Origin: Candidatus Limnocylindria bacterium | GTDB lineage: Bacteria; Chloroflexota; Limnocylindria; P2-11E | Length of the DNA: 53,483 nucleotides | Direction of reading: 5' to 3' | Assembly: GCA_041496945.1 (NCBI GenBank) | Contig: JBGQFO010000005.1 | Coordinates: 1 to 53,483 of the forward strand | Shown: positions 18,121 to 26,497 of the stretch, piece after piece | Numbering within the stretch: the first letter of the stretch is position 1 | Layout of the letters: the number at the start of each line of letters is the position of its first letter | Made by a program: the position numbers and the translations under genes | The notes under the pieces: generated by a model | What the model was told of the DNA's origin: nothing | Database searches by the model: none | Seen by the model: only the letters and a program-made list of their open reading frames with translations

Positions 18121-18137
18121 GGCCCGCGGTCAGCGGG
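18109..18137 (+). promoter_or_regulatory. Candidate bacterial SECIS element
   Basis: CCCGC-GGTCA-GCGGG hairpin at 18123-18137; GGUC loop starts 20 nt after the UGA. Confidence 0.45.
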
Positions 18138-18624
18138 AGACGCGCCTCCGCCGATGCTCGCGAGCGGGCTCCTCGTCGAGCTCTTCCCACTCGCGAGAGC
18201 TGTACATGTTCGCCGCGAGCCCGGCGTCGACGAAGACGGTGATGAGGCCGGCGATCGTCAGCAGGAACGGCACGGGCGACGGCGCCTGATTCCCGAGCTC
18301 GAGGCCGCGGAGGATGGCGGAGACGCCATACAGCCCGACGATCGCCACGCCCGCCAGGATGTCGAGCTGCGCGAGTCCACGCTCCTCCGGGACGATGTCG
18401 AAGCGCTCGGTGAGCGCGGCGATCGCGGCAAGACCGGCGACGAACGCCGTCGTCACGCACAGCCACTGCGCGACGATCACGTACCCATTCGTGTCGCGCG
18501 AGCCGAGCCCGAGCCAGGCCATGATGTCGGCGAGCGTCACGCCGAGCGCGAGCCCACACACCAGGAACGCGAGGTGTGAGCGCGGCGAGAAGCCCAGACG
18601 ACGGCCCTGCAGGAGTTCCTTCAC
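18130..18624 (-). CDS. Membrane protein, DUF2231-like (4 TM)
   Basis: Four hydrophobic helices and a charged C-terminal tail; TAGCAT upstream of the GTG. Confidence 0.65.
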   Translation of the reverse strand: MKELLQGRRLGFSPRSHLAFLVCGLALGVTLADIMAWLGLGSRDTNGYVIVAQWLCVTTAFVAGLAAIAALTERFDIVPEERGLAQLDILAGVAIVGLYGVSAILRGLELGNQAPSPVPFLLTIAGLITVFVDAGLAANMYSSREWEELDEEPAREHRRRRVSR

Positions 18625-18687
18625 GGGAGAGCCATGCTAGCGGCTCGGCGCCTCGTGGTGCGGAGGACCCTCCGCGATCTCGGGCAG

Positions 18688-18852
18688 TCAGCAGCCCGGC
18701 TCGCCGTCGTGACCGCAGCAGTTCTGTCGGAGCGCGACCCGCACCCAGAGGTTGCGGCCTGCGACGGCGAATCGTCGAGGCAGTGGGATGTCCGAGTCGA
18801 CGAAGTTGCGCACGGCTCGCCAGGCGGTGCCGCGACGGCGAGGGGCGTGCAC
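18688..18852 (-). CDS. Small Cys-rich protein (54 aa) ending CCGHDGEPGC
   Basis: Basic amphipathic N-part plus CCGHxGEPGC tail; GATAGT 6 nt before the GTG, back-to-back with the 18870 promoter. Confidence 0.65.
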   Translation of the reverse strand: MHAPRRRGTAWRAVRNFVDSDIPLPRRFAVAGRNLWVRVALRQNCCGHDGEPGC

Positions 18853-18869
18853 GTTCGTACTATCGGCAT

Positions 18870-19298
18870 ATGGCGAGCGAGGACGCAACCCGCATACGCA
18901 CGGCGCACGGCGACCTCACTCTCGAGGAGATCGCCGAGCTGCTGCCGGGCACCGGCGAGATCATGCAATCCGTCGGGAACGCCTGGTGGAAGTGCGCCCA
19001 CGCGGCGCGGGGCGGCAACTTCGCACTCGCCGCGTACTTCGCGCGGCGCGTACGCGGGCTCCAGCGCAAGCTCGCGATCGTCCGCCCGAAGTACGAGCCT
19101 GACCTCGCGGCGTTCGATGCCGAATACATCGCGCCGGTCCTCGCGGCCTGCGATGCCGGTGACCGCGCCGCGTTCGACCGCGCCTACGACGCCGCCGTGA
19201 CGAGGGCGAACGAGCTCCATGTGAAATGGGCCAAGGCCTACATCCGTTGGACACTCCCGCCGGAGCCGCCGACCGACCTCGACCTCACGTCCGGCTAG
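18870..19298 (+). CDS. Hypothetical all-helical protein resembling cytochrome c'-like four-helix bundles but lacking CxxCH
   Basis: PG.GEIM, A..GN..LA.Y, F..AY......AN.LH pattern; TACTAT 6 nt before the ATG. Confidence 0.7.
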   Translation: MASEDATRIRTAHGDLTLEEIAELLPGTGEIMQSVGNAWWKCAHAARGGNFALAAYFARRVRGLQRKLAIVRPKYEPDLAAFDAEYIAPVLAACDAGDRAAFDRAYDAAVTRANELHVKWAKAYIRWTLPPEPPTDLDLTSG

Positions 19299-19342
19299 TC
19301 GCGAGGCGCACGGTCAGGGCGCGTGATCCTAGGCTTGCGCGC

Positions 19343-19945
19343 GTGCTCGGAGACTGGGCCACGTTCTTCCTCGCGCTGCTGCTCGTGCCGGTGCTGCTCA
19401 TCGAAGAGACGAGCACCGACCCGGGCGCGGTGCAGCTCGCGACCGCGGCGAACGCGTTCATCTGGCTCGCGTTCGCGCTCGACTACGCGATCGATCTCTG
19501 GCGCGCGGCCGATAGACGGCGCTACGTGGAGACGCACTGGTTCGACCTCGCGCTCGTCGTCGTGTCGCCGCCGCTCCTCGTGCCGCCCGAGGCGCAGGCC
19601 CTCCGCGTGCTGCGCGCGTTGCGCCTGCTGCGCGCGTTCGCGGTGGTCGGCATCGTCGCCGAGCGCCTCGACCGCCCGCTATCCCGGCAGGCGGCGCTCG
19701 CGATCCTGGCCGTGCTTGGCACGCTGCTGCTCGCCGGCGGCGTGCTCATCACCGCCGCGGAGCCCGCGTCCATCCCGACCGTCGCGCAGGGCTACGCCTG
19801 GACGATCGCGACGCTCATCACCGCAGGGCACGCAGCGCCCGAGCCGACCACCGCGATCGGACACGCGATCTCGACGCTCATCGTGATCATGGGTCTTGGG
19901 ACGTTCGCGGCGCTGGCCGCGAGCATCGCCGGACCGCGTCGTTAG
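19343..19945 (+). CDS. Voltage-gated ion channel-like protein (6TM, short) with non-canonical filter
   Basis: WFDL in S3, S4 LRVLRALRLLRA, pore helix then ITAGHAA.EP.T..G; TAGGCT 7 nt before the GTG. Confidence 0.8.
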   Translation: MLGDWATFFLALLLVPVLLIEETSTDPGAVQLATAANAFIWLAFALDYAIDLWRAADRRRYVETHWFDLALVVVSPPLLVPPEAQALRVLRALRLLRAFAVVGIVAERLDRPLSRQAALAILAVLGTLLLAGGVLITAAEPASIPTVAQGYAWTIATLITAGHAAPEPTTAIGHAISTLIVIMGLGTFAALAASIAGPRR

Positions 19946-19947
19946 GT

Positions 19948-19967
19948 GACGTCAGCCAGGTGACGTC
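19948..19967. terminator. Hairpin between convergent genes
   Basis: GACGTCA-gccagg-TGACGTC inverted repeat; no U-tract. Confidence 0.3.
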
Positions 19968-19969
19968 CC

Positions 19970-21955
19970 CTAGGGGTGGGCGTCGAACCAGTCGGCGATG
20001 CGCCTCGCGTGCTCGACCCGGTTCCGCGGCTTCCCGCCGCGCGTGAGGTCGTGGTTGTCGTCCGGGAAGCGCACGAACTGCGTCTCGACGCCGTGCAGCC
20101 GCAGCGCGGTGAAGAACTGCTCGGCCTGCTCGATCGGGCAGCGCAGATCGCGTTCGGCGTGGAGGATGAGGAGCGGCGTCTTCACGTTCGGCACGTAGGT
20201 GAGCGGTGAGCGCTCGACCAGCTTCTGCGGATCGCTCCACGGTGAGGCGTCGCCCATCTCGTATTCCCAGAAGTGCCAACCAATGTCCGAGACGCCGAAC
20301 GCAGACACGTTATTACTGATGCTGCGCTGCGTCGCGGCGGCGCGGAAACGATCGGTGTGTCCGATGATCCAGTTCGTCATGAACCCGCCGTAGCTGCCAC
20401 CGGTGACGTAGAGGCGCTTCGGGTCGACCCAGTCGAGGGCCAGGGCGTGATCGACGCCGGCCATGAGGTCCTCGTAGTCCTTGCCACCCCAGTCACCGAC
20501 GCAGGCGGTCGAGAACTTCTCGCCGTAGGCATGGCTGCCGCGCGGATTGGTGAGGAGCACCGCGTAGCCGCGGCCGGCGAGCATCTGGAACTCGTGGAAG
20601 AACCCGTTGCCGTAGGCACCGTGCGGTCCTCCGTGCACCTCGAGGATGAGCGGCCACTTCTTCGCCGCGTCGAAGCCGCGCGGCTTCATGATCCAGCCCT
20701 CGATCGTCCAGCCGTCGGCTCCGGTGAACTCGATCCGCTCCGGCGGCGCGACGTAGCGCGAGCCGAGAAGCTCGCCGTTCAGGTCGGTGAGGCAGCGCAG
20801 CGATCGACCCAACTCCCCTGCCGCGACGTCGCCGGGCAGCGTCGCGTTCGAGAACACGCACGCGAAGCGCTTCGCGTCGGCGGCGAGCGAGAGGCTGACC
20901 ACCTGATGTGGTCCGACGGTCTCGGCGCGCACATCGCCGCCGGCCGCGGCGACGCTGTAGACGTTCGCGGTGCCCTGGTCCGAGCCGACAAAGATGATCC
21001 GCGCGCGGTCAGCGCTCCAGGTCGGCGGGAGCGTCTGCGACTGCGCGCGCATGTCGGACATGACGGTGGAGCCCACGGTGCGGTCCCACCCCGTCGTCAG
21101 GTCGCGCCCGGCGCCGCCGCGCGCCGGGAAGACGAAGACATGGACGTTCTTCGCGGAGGAGCCGACGGCCTTCGCGACGCCGTAGCACGCGATCGCGCTT
21201 CCGTCGGGCGAGAAGCGCGGGTTGCCGTATGACCCGGCGCCGTCCGTGACACGCCATCCGCCGCCCGCAAGCGACGCGACGTGGATGTCGGCGGCGGTGT
21301 TGCGCTCGCGATCGTCGGTGCGGTTCGAGACGAACGCGATCATCGCGCCGTCCGGCGACCACGAGGGCTGCAGGTCGTCCCAATCGCCGTCGGTCACCTT
21401 CCGCGCGGCACCGCTCTGGTCCACGACCCACACGTGCCGGCGGCGGCCGTCCAGCAGGAATCCCTCGTCGGTCTTGTAGCGGAGGCGGTCGTATACCCGG
21501 ATGCCGTCGTCCGCGGCCTCGTCGACCTTGGCATCCCGCCGCGTGAAGGCAAGGCGCGCGCCCTCGGGCGACCAGGTCACGTCGCCGCAGTCGTCCTCGC
21601 CGGTCGTGAGCTGGCGCGCCTCGCCGCCATCCAGCGACAGCACGAACAGGTTCTTCGGCTTGCGCTTCTTCGGGTCGTTCGCGACAGCGTTGCGATCCGA
21701 GACGAAGGCGATCGATCGGCCGTCGGGTGACCAGCGCGGCAGTGCGTCCTGGCCTGTCCCATAGGTCAGGCGCATCCCGGGCGAGCTGCCGTCGAAGGGA
21801 ACGATCCAGATGGACGAGCGATACCCGTTCGCCTCTCGATCGATGGTCCGCACGACGTACGCGACACGCGTGCCGTCCGGCGAGATCTGCGCGTCGGCGA
21901 GGAAACAGAAGTCGTAGAGATCCTCCGAGGTCATCGGAGCGGGAAGCTGTGTCAC
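19970..21955 (-). CDS. S9 family peptidase (acylaminoacyl/dipeptidyl peptidase) with PD40 beta-propeller
   Basis: WSPDG repeats, HGGPH, GGSYGG, D.RCP, NH triad; start at 21955 (GTG) or 21934 (ATG). Confidence 0.93.
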   Translation of the reverse strand: MTQLPAPMTSEDLYDFCFLADAQISPDGTRVAYVVRTIDREANGYRSSIWIVPFDGSSPGMRLTYGTGQDALPRWSPDGRSIAFVSDRNAVANDPKKRKPKNLFVLSLDGGEARQLTTGEDDCGDVTWSPEGARLAFTRRDAKVDEAADDGIRVYDRLRYKTDEGFLLDGRRRHVWVVDQSGAARKVTDGDWDDLQPSWSPDGAMIAFVSNRTDDRERNTAADIHVASLAGGGWRVTDGAGSYGNPRFSPDGSAIACYGVAKAVGSSAKNVHVFVFPARGGAGRDLTTGWDRTVGSTVMSDMRAQSQTLPPTWSADRARIIFVGSDQGTANVYSVAAAGGDVRAETVGPHQVVSLSLAADAKRFACVFSNATLPGDVAAGELGRSLRCLTDLNGELLGSRYVAPPERIEFTGADGWTIEGWIMKPRGFDAAKKWPLILEVHGGPHGAYGNGFFHEFQMLAGRGYAVLLTNPRGSHAYGEKFSTACVGDWGGKDYEDLMAGVDHALALDWVDPKRLYVTGGSYGGFMTNWIIGHTDRFRAAATQRSISNNVSAFGVSDIGWHFWEYEMGDASPWSDPQKLVERSPLTYVPNVKTPLLILHAERDLRCPIEQAEQFFTALRLHGVETQFVRFPDDNHDLTRGGKPRNRVEHARRIADWFDAHP

Positions 21956-21993
21956 GTGTCGAGCGGCATAGGAGCCGGGGTATCGTGCCATAC

Positions 21994-23529
21994 ATGGCCC
22001 GCATCGACGCGCGAACGCGAACGGGGATCCTCGTTGGGGCGCTTGCCATGTTCCTCGCCCTGGATGTGGCCTTCCTGGTCTCTCTCGTCGGGTTGCCGTT
22101 CACGCCGTTCGCGCTCGGCCAGGCGATCATCGACGTCCTCCCGGGGTTCATCTCGATCCCGCTCATCGAGACGCTGCAGTTCTGGGCGAAGGGCCTGCTG
22201 GTCGTCGGTGTGCTCGCGCTCTTCTTCGTCTCCGGCGGCGCAGCCGGGGCGTTCGCCGTCGCGCCGGATCGTCGCGACCGCGTCGTCCTCGCGACGGTCG
22301 CGGCCCCATGGGCCATCGCGGTCGCTCTTGGCCAGCTCTTCGCCCCGCTGCGCATCGACTTCGCGACGAGCGTCATCGACGCCGGCGTCGGGATCGCGGC
22401 GAGCGCGATCGCGCTCGCCTTCCTGACGCCCGCGTCCTTCGACCGCGCCGCTCCGGCGCCGGTCCGCCGTCGCGTTCTCCTGAGCGGTGCCGGCGTTGCG
22501 GCATTGGTCGCGATCGGCGCGCTGCCGCTCTCGCGCATCCTGTCGAGCGCGGGAGGTCAGATCGGCAACATCCCGCAGACGGCGCGCCGGCTGGCCCAGC
22601 GCCCGGCGATCCCCGCCGGCGACCCGTCACTCGACGCGATCACCGGGGTCACCCCGCGCATCACCGCGAACGAGGACCACTACACCGTCGACACGACCCT
22701 GGTGAAGCCACGCGTCGACGCCGCGGCCTGGAAGCTCGAGATCACCGGCAACGTCGAACGCCCGTACACGATCGGCTACGACGAGCTGCTCGACCTCGAC
22801 GCGATCGAGCAGGTGCGCACGCTCGAATGCATCAGCAACCCGATCGGCGGCGAGCTCATCTCGACCGCGGTCTGGACCGGCGTGCGCATGAAGGATCTTC
22901 TCGACCGAGCGAGCCTGAAGGCGAGCTCTTTCAAGGTCGTGCTCACCTCCGTCGACGGCTACAGCGACTCGTTCTCCGTCGCGAAGGCGATGGAGCCGGA
23001 CACCTTCGTCGCGTACCTCATGAACGGGACGACCCTGCCACAGGAGCACGGCTACCCGGTACGCGTGCTCGTGCCGAACATCTACGGCATGAAGAACGTG
23101 AAGTGGCTGCGGCAGATCAAGGTCGAGACGTTCGACTTCAAGGGCTACTGGCAGCAGCAGGGCTGGGACGACGCCGCGATCATCAACACCAACACGCGCA
23201 TCGACGTGCCAGGCCGCAGCGTCCGCTGGAACGGCGGCGAGGTCACGGTCGCGGGCATCGCGTTCGCGGGCTCGCGCGGCATCAAGCAGGTCGAGCTGTC
23301 GTTCGACGAAGGGAAGAGCTGGCTTGCGGCGACGCTCGAGGCCGCCCCCGGGCCCCTGACCTGGGTGCGCTGGGCCGCGCGCTGGACGCCACCAGGCCCC
23401 GGGACGCGAACGGTGTGGGCGCGGTCGACCGACGCGAAGGGCGACATCCAGACCCCGGTCCAGCGGCAGCCCTTCCCAAGCGGCGCCACCGGCTACGACG
23501 CCATCGCGCTCAACGTCATCCGCGTCTAG
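21994..23529 (+). CDS. Membrane-anchored molybdopterin-dependent oxidoreductase (sulfite oxidase family)
   Basis: LECISN, WTGV, MNG..LP..HGYPVR..VP..YG.K.VKWL, GYW...GW; N-terminal TM region; TATCGT 7 nt before the ATG. Confidence 0.9.
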   Translation: MARIDARTRTGILVGALAMFLALDVAFLVSLVGLPFTPFALGQAIIDVLPGFISIPLIETLQFWAKGLLVVGVLALFFVSGGAAGAFAVAPDRRDRVVLATVAAPWAIAVALGQLFAPLRIDFATSVIDAGVGIAASAIALAFLTPASFDRAAPAPVRRRVLLSGAGVAALVAIGALPLSRILSSAGGQIGNIPQTARRLAQRPAIPAGDPSLDAITGVTPRITANEDHYTVDTTLVKPRVDAAAWKLEITGNVERPYTIGYDELLDLDAIEQVRTLECISNPIGGELISTAVWTGVRMKDLLDRASLKASSFKVVLTSVDGYSDSFSVAKAMEPDTFVAYLMNGTTLPQEHGYPVRVLVPNIYGMKNVKWLRQIKVETFDFKGYWQQQGWDDAAIINTNTRIDVPGRSVRWNGGEVTVAGIAFAGSRGIKQVELSFDEGKSWLAATLEAAPGPLTWVRWAARWTPPGPGTRTVWARSTDAKGDIQTPVQRQPFPSGATGYDAIALNVIRV

Positions 23530-23555
23530 CGCGGTCGTCCTAGGCTTTCGGCGAG

Positions 23556-23936
23556 ATGGCAAAGAGACGCTTCACCATCAGCGCGACGCTCCCCGCGTAT
23601 CTGCCACCGCGCAATGAGTGGCGCCGCAGGGTCCACGCCGCGGTGCTCGAGGCGCAGACCTTCCGCGGCGTCGGCTATCGCGAGAACGACCAGCTCGAGC
23701 TGCGCGTGTCGCTGTTCGGTCCGCGCGACCTCGACATTCACGAGGTCGACGAGCGCGTGAAGGACATCGCCGACGCGCTCGAGGGCCGCATCGCCGGACG
23801 GCGCAGCCGCCGGCGGATCGCACCGATCGTGTCGAGCGGGCAGATCCAGCGGGTCATCCTCGAGAAGGACACGCGCACGGTCCGCGGGCGCCCGCTCGGC
23901 CTCATCACCATCGCGCGCTACCGACGGCGCGATTGA
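23556..23936 (+). CDS. RusA-like protein with degenerate active site
   Basis: EVDERVKDIADAL aligns to RusA DLDNLQKAAFDAL; SSGQI aligns to DDAQV. Confidence 0.6.
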   Translation: MAKRRFTISATLPAYLPPRNEWRRRVHAAVLEAQTFRGVGYRENDQLELRVSLFGPRDLDIHEVDERVKDIADALEGRIAGRRSRRRIAPIVSSGQIQRVILEKDTRTVRGRPLGLITIARYRRRD

Positions 23937-25417
23937 CCGGGACGTCTGGGCGGCTCGGGAGCGGCGCGCTCGTCTGGGCCGGCTTCGACGGCGAGCATGC
24001 ACCCGGCGCGCTGCTCGACGGCATCCGTGACGGGCACCTCGGCGGTGTCCTGCTCCTGGCGATCCGGGGCAACGTGCGATCGAAGGCGCAGGTCCGCGAG
24101 ATGCTCCGCGAGATCCAGCGGGCGGCACGCGACGGCGGCCTTCCGCCGCTGCCCGTCGCCGTCGATCAGGAGGGCGGTCAGGTCGTGCGCGTCGCGTATC
24201 GCGCGGTGTTCCCGAGCGCGATGGCCATCGCGGCGACCGGCAACCCGGCGTACGCCGAGCGTGCCGGGCGCGCCGTCGCCCTCGGCCTGCGCGCGGACGG
24301 CATCACCGTGAATCACGCGCCGGTGTGCGACGTGAACGTCCAGGCGCGCAATCCGGTCATCGGGACGCGTTCGTTCGGCGACGATCCGGCACGGGTCGCC
24401 GCGTTCGCGGCCGCCTGGGTGCGCGGGTCCGAGGGCGCGGGCGTCGCGACGACGCCGAAGCACTTCCCCGGTCACGGGGAGACGCCCGTCGACTCTCATC
24501 TCAATCTCGTCGACGTCACCGCCGATCGACACACGCTCGAGACGCGAGATCTGCCGCCGTTCCGCGCGGCGTTCGGCGCCGGCGCCTCGATGGTGATGAC
24601 CGCGCACGTCCGCTATCACGCCTTCGACAAGAACGTCCCGGCGACGCTCTCCCGGCCGATCCTCACGGATCTGCTGCGTGGCGAGCTCGGCTTCGACGGC
24701 CTGTGCATCACGGATTCGCTCGACATGACCGGCATCGAGGTCGACTCGCCGGACCGCGTCGTCGGTCGCGCCGTCGACGCCGGCGTCGACGCGGTCATGG
24801 TCACGAGCCAGCTCGATCGCCAGCTTGCCGCCGGCAGCTGGATCGCCACGGCCGCGTCGCCGGGCCGTCTGCGCGAGGCGCTCGCGCGCGCGACGGTCTT
24901 TCGCGAGCGGTTCGGCCGCGAGGTCCCCGACGACGACATCGACGACGGCCCGGCGCGCACGCTGGCAGCGGAGATCGCGGCGCGGTCGATCACGCACCTC
25001 GGGCCGCCACTGCCGCCCCGGGGCGGCGCGGTCCGCGTCGTGGCCTTCGAGCCATCGCGGGTGTCGCCCGCGGAGGAGCTCTCCGATCCCGTCGGCACGC
25101 TCGAGCGCGCCCTCCGCGCGCGCCTCGGCGACCGCATGACGTTCGCGCGACGCGGTCGGCTGCCCGACGGATCGGGGCCCACGATCGTCTGCACGTTCAA
25201 CGCGCTCTTCGACGCGGAGCAGGCGCGCGCGCTCCCCGCGCTGCTGGGGGACGACGGTGTGCTCGTGGCGCTGCGCAGCCCGTACGACGCGTCACTGGCG
25301 CGCGGTCACGCGGCGTTGCTGGCCTATTGCGACGTGCCCGTGTCTCTCGACGCTGTGGCCGCGGTGCTCGCGGGCGAGCAACACGCGACCGGTCAGCTTC
25401 CCGTCCGGATGCCGTGA
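23933..25417 (+). CDS. nagZ: Beta-N-acetylhexosaminidase (GH3)
   Basis: VDQEGG.V.R, APV.DV, NPVIG.RSF, KHFPGHG...DSH, MTAHV, ITDSL.M; TTGA overlap start (uncertain). Confidence 0.9.
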   Translation: MTGTSGRLGSGALVWAGFDGEHAPGALLDGIRDGHLGGVLLLAIRGNVRSKAQVREMLREIQRAARDGGLPPLPVAVDQEGGQVVRVAYRAVFPSAMAIAATGNPAYAERAGRAVALGLRADGITVNHAPVCDVNVQARNPVIGTRSFGDDPARVAAFAAAWVRGSEGAGVATTPKHFPGHGETPVDSHLNLVDVTADRHTLETRDLPPFRAAFGAGASMVMTAHVRYHAFDKNVPATLSRPILTDLLRGELGFDGLCITDSLDMTGIEVDSPDRVVGRAVDAGVDAVMVTSQLDRQLAAGSWIATAASPGRLREALARATVFRERFGREVPDDDIDDGPARTLAAEIAARSITHLGPPLPPRGGAVRVVAFEPSRVSPAEELSDPVGTLERALRARLGDRMTFARRGRLPDGSGPTIVCTFNALFDAEQARALPALLGDDGVLVALRSPYDASLARGHAALLAYCDVPVSLDAVAAVLAGEQHATGQLPVRMP

Positions 25418-26493
25418 GCCTCGCGGAGCCCGCACGCGCGATCGCCCTTGCCGCGATCGGGTCGCTCATGACGGCGTGCGTGGTACGCGTCGAGCGGCGC
25501 GGCGCGATCGACACGTTCGCGGTCGGCACCCTCTGCCCGGATCCTGAGGCCGGACCGGACGCGCCATGCGGGGCGGGGTCGCTCTTCGACCTCGCGTCGC
25601 TCACGAAGCTGGCCACGACCGCGCTCGTGCTCTCGTTCGTGCGCGAGCGCGTGCTCGACCTGGCCATGCCGTTCCGCGATCTGGTGCCGGACTTCCGCGG
25701 CGAGAAGAAGGACCGCGTGACGCTCGAGCAGGTGCTCACCCACACCGCCGGCCTCACCTGGTGGCTACCGCTCTGGCGCGACGCGGCCGGTCTCGACGAG
25801 GCGGCGTGGCGTGCGGCGCAGGAGCCGCTCTCACAGGACCCCGGCACCTTCCGCTACAGCGACCTCGGGTACCTCATGCTCACGCAGGCGCTCGCGGTCG
25901 TCGGGAGGCAGCCGTTCGCAGAGCTCGTACGCGAGCGCGTGCTGGGACCGGTGGAGGCGACGACCTGTGACTTCGGTCCGCGCCCGAGCGAGCAGACAGT
26001 GGCGACGGAGCGCGACGCCGAGTGGCGCCGGAAACGACTGCGCGGTGAGGTCCACGACGAGAACGCGTATGCGGTCGGTGGCGTGGCGGGCCACGCCGGG
26101 CTGTTCGGGACGGCCGCCGACGTCGCGGCGATCGCGCGGGTCTACCGTGACGGCGCGGTGATCGGCAACGACCTCGCCCGCCTCGCGCGGACGGAGCACG
26201 CGCGTGGTGACAACGCTCGTCGCGGCCTCGGCCTCGCGCTGCGCGCGCCGCGCGACGCGATGGTCGGCCGGTACTTCAGCGAGGCTGCGTACGGACACAC
26301 CGGGTTCACCGGCACCTCGCTCTGGATCGATCCGGCGCTGGACCTCACCGTCGTGATCCTCACGAACCGCGTCTACTTCGGCCGGGCCAACGACGACGCC
26401 ATCTACCGCTTCCGGATCGCGGTGCATGAGGCGGTCTCGCGGCCCTTCGCGGAGCACGCGGAGCGTGTCTCCTCGCCGAAGGCGAGAGATTGA
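25414..26493 (+). CDS. Serine hydrolase, beta-lactamase fold (AmiE/NamA-like MurNAc-L-Ala amidase candidate)
   Basis: FDLASLTK, LTHTAG, YSD, G.VHD.NA...GG.AGHAGLF, GHTGFTGT; context next to nagZ. Confidence 0.85.
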   Translation: MSLAEPARAIALAAIGSLMTACVVRVERRGAIDTFAVGTLCPDPEAGPDAPCGAGSLFDLASLTKLATTALVLSFVRERVLDLAMPFRDLVPDFRGEKKDRVTLEQVLTHTAGLTWWLPLWRDAAGLDEAAWRAAQEPLSQDPGTFRYSDLGYLMLTQALAVVGRQPFAELVRERVLGPVEATTCDFGPRPSEQTVATERDAEWRRKRLRGEVHDENAYAVGGVAGHAGLFGTAADVAAIARVYRDGAVIGNDLARLARTEHARGDNARRGLGLALRAPRDAMVGRYFSEAAYGHTGFTGTSLWIDPALDLTVVILTNRVYFGRANDDAIYRFRIAVHEAVSRPFAEHAERVSSPKARD

Positions 26494-26497
26494 GAGA

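Noticed and set aside
19944-19967. AGGTGACGTC direct repeat containing a TGACGTCA palindrome
   Set aside because: Only two copies, between convergent stops; best explained as a terminator-like hairpin, not CRISPR or an att site
25414-26493. Beta-lactamase resistance gene
   Set aside because: VHDENA/AGHAGLF motifs and the nagZ-anmK-murQ context fit a muropeptide amidase/esterase
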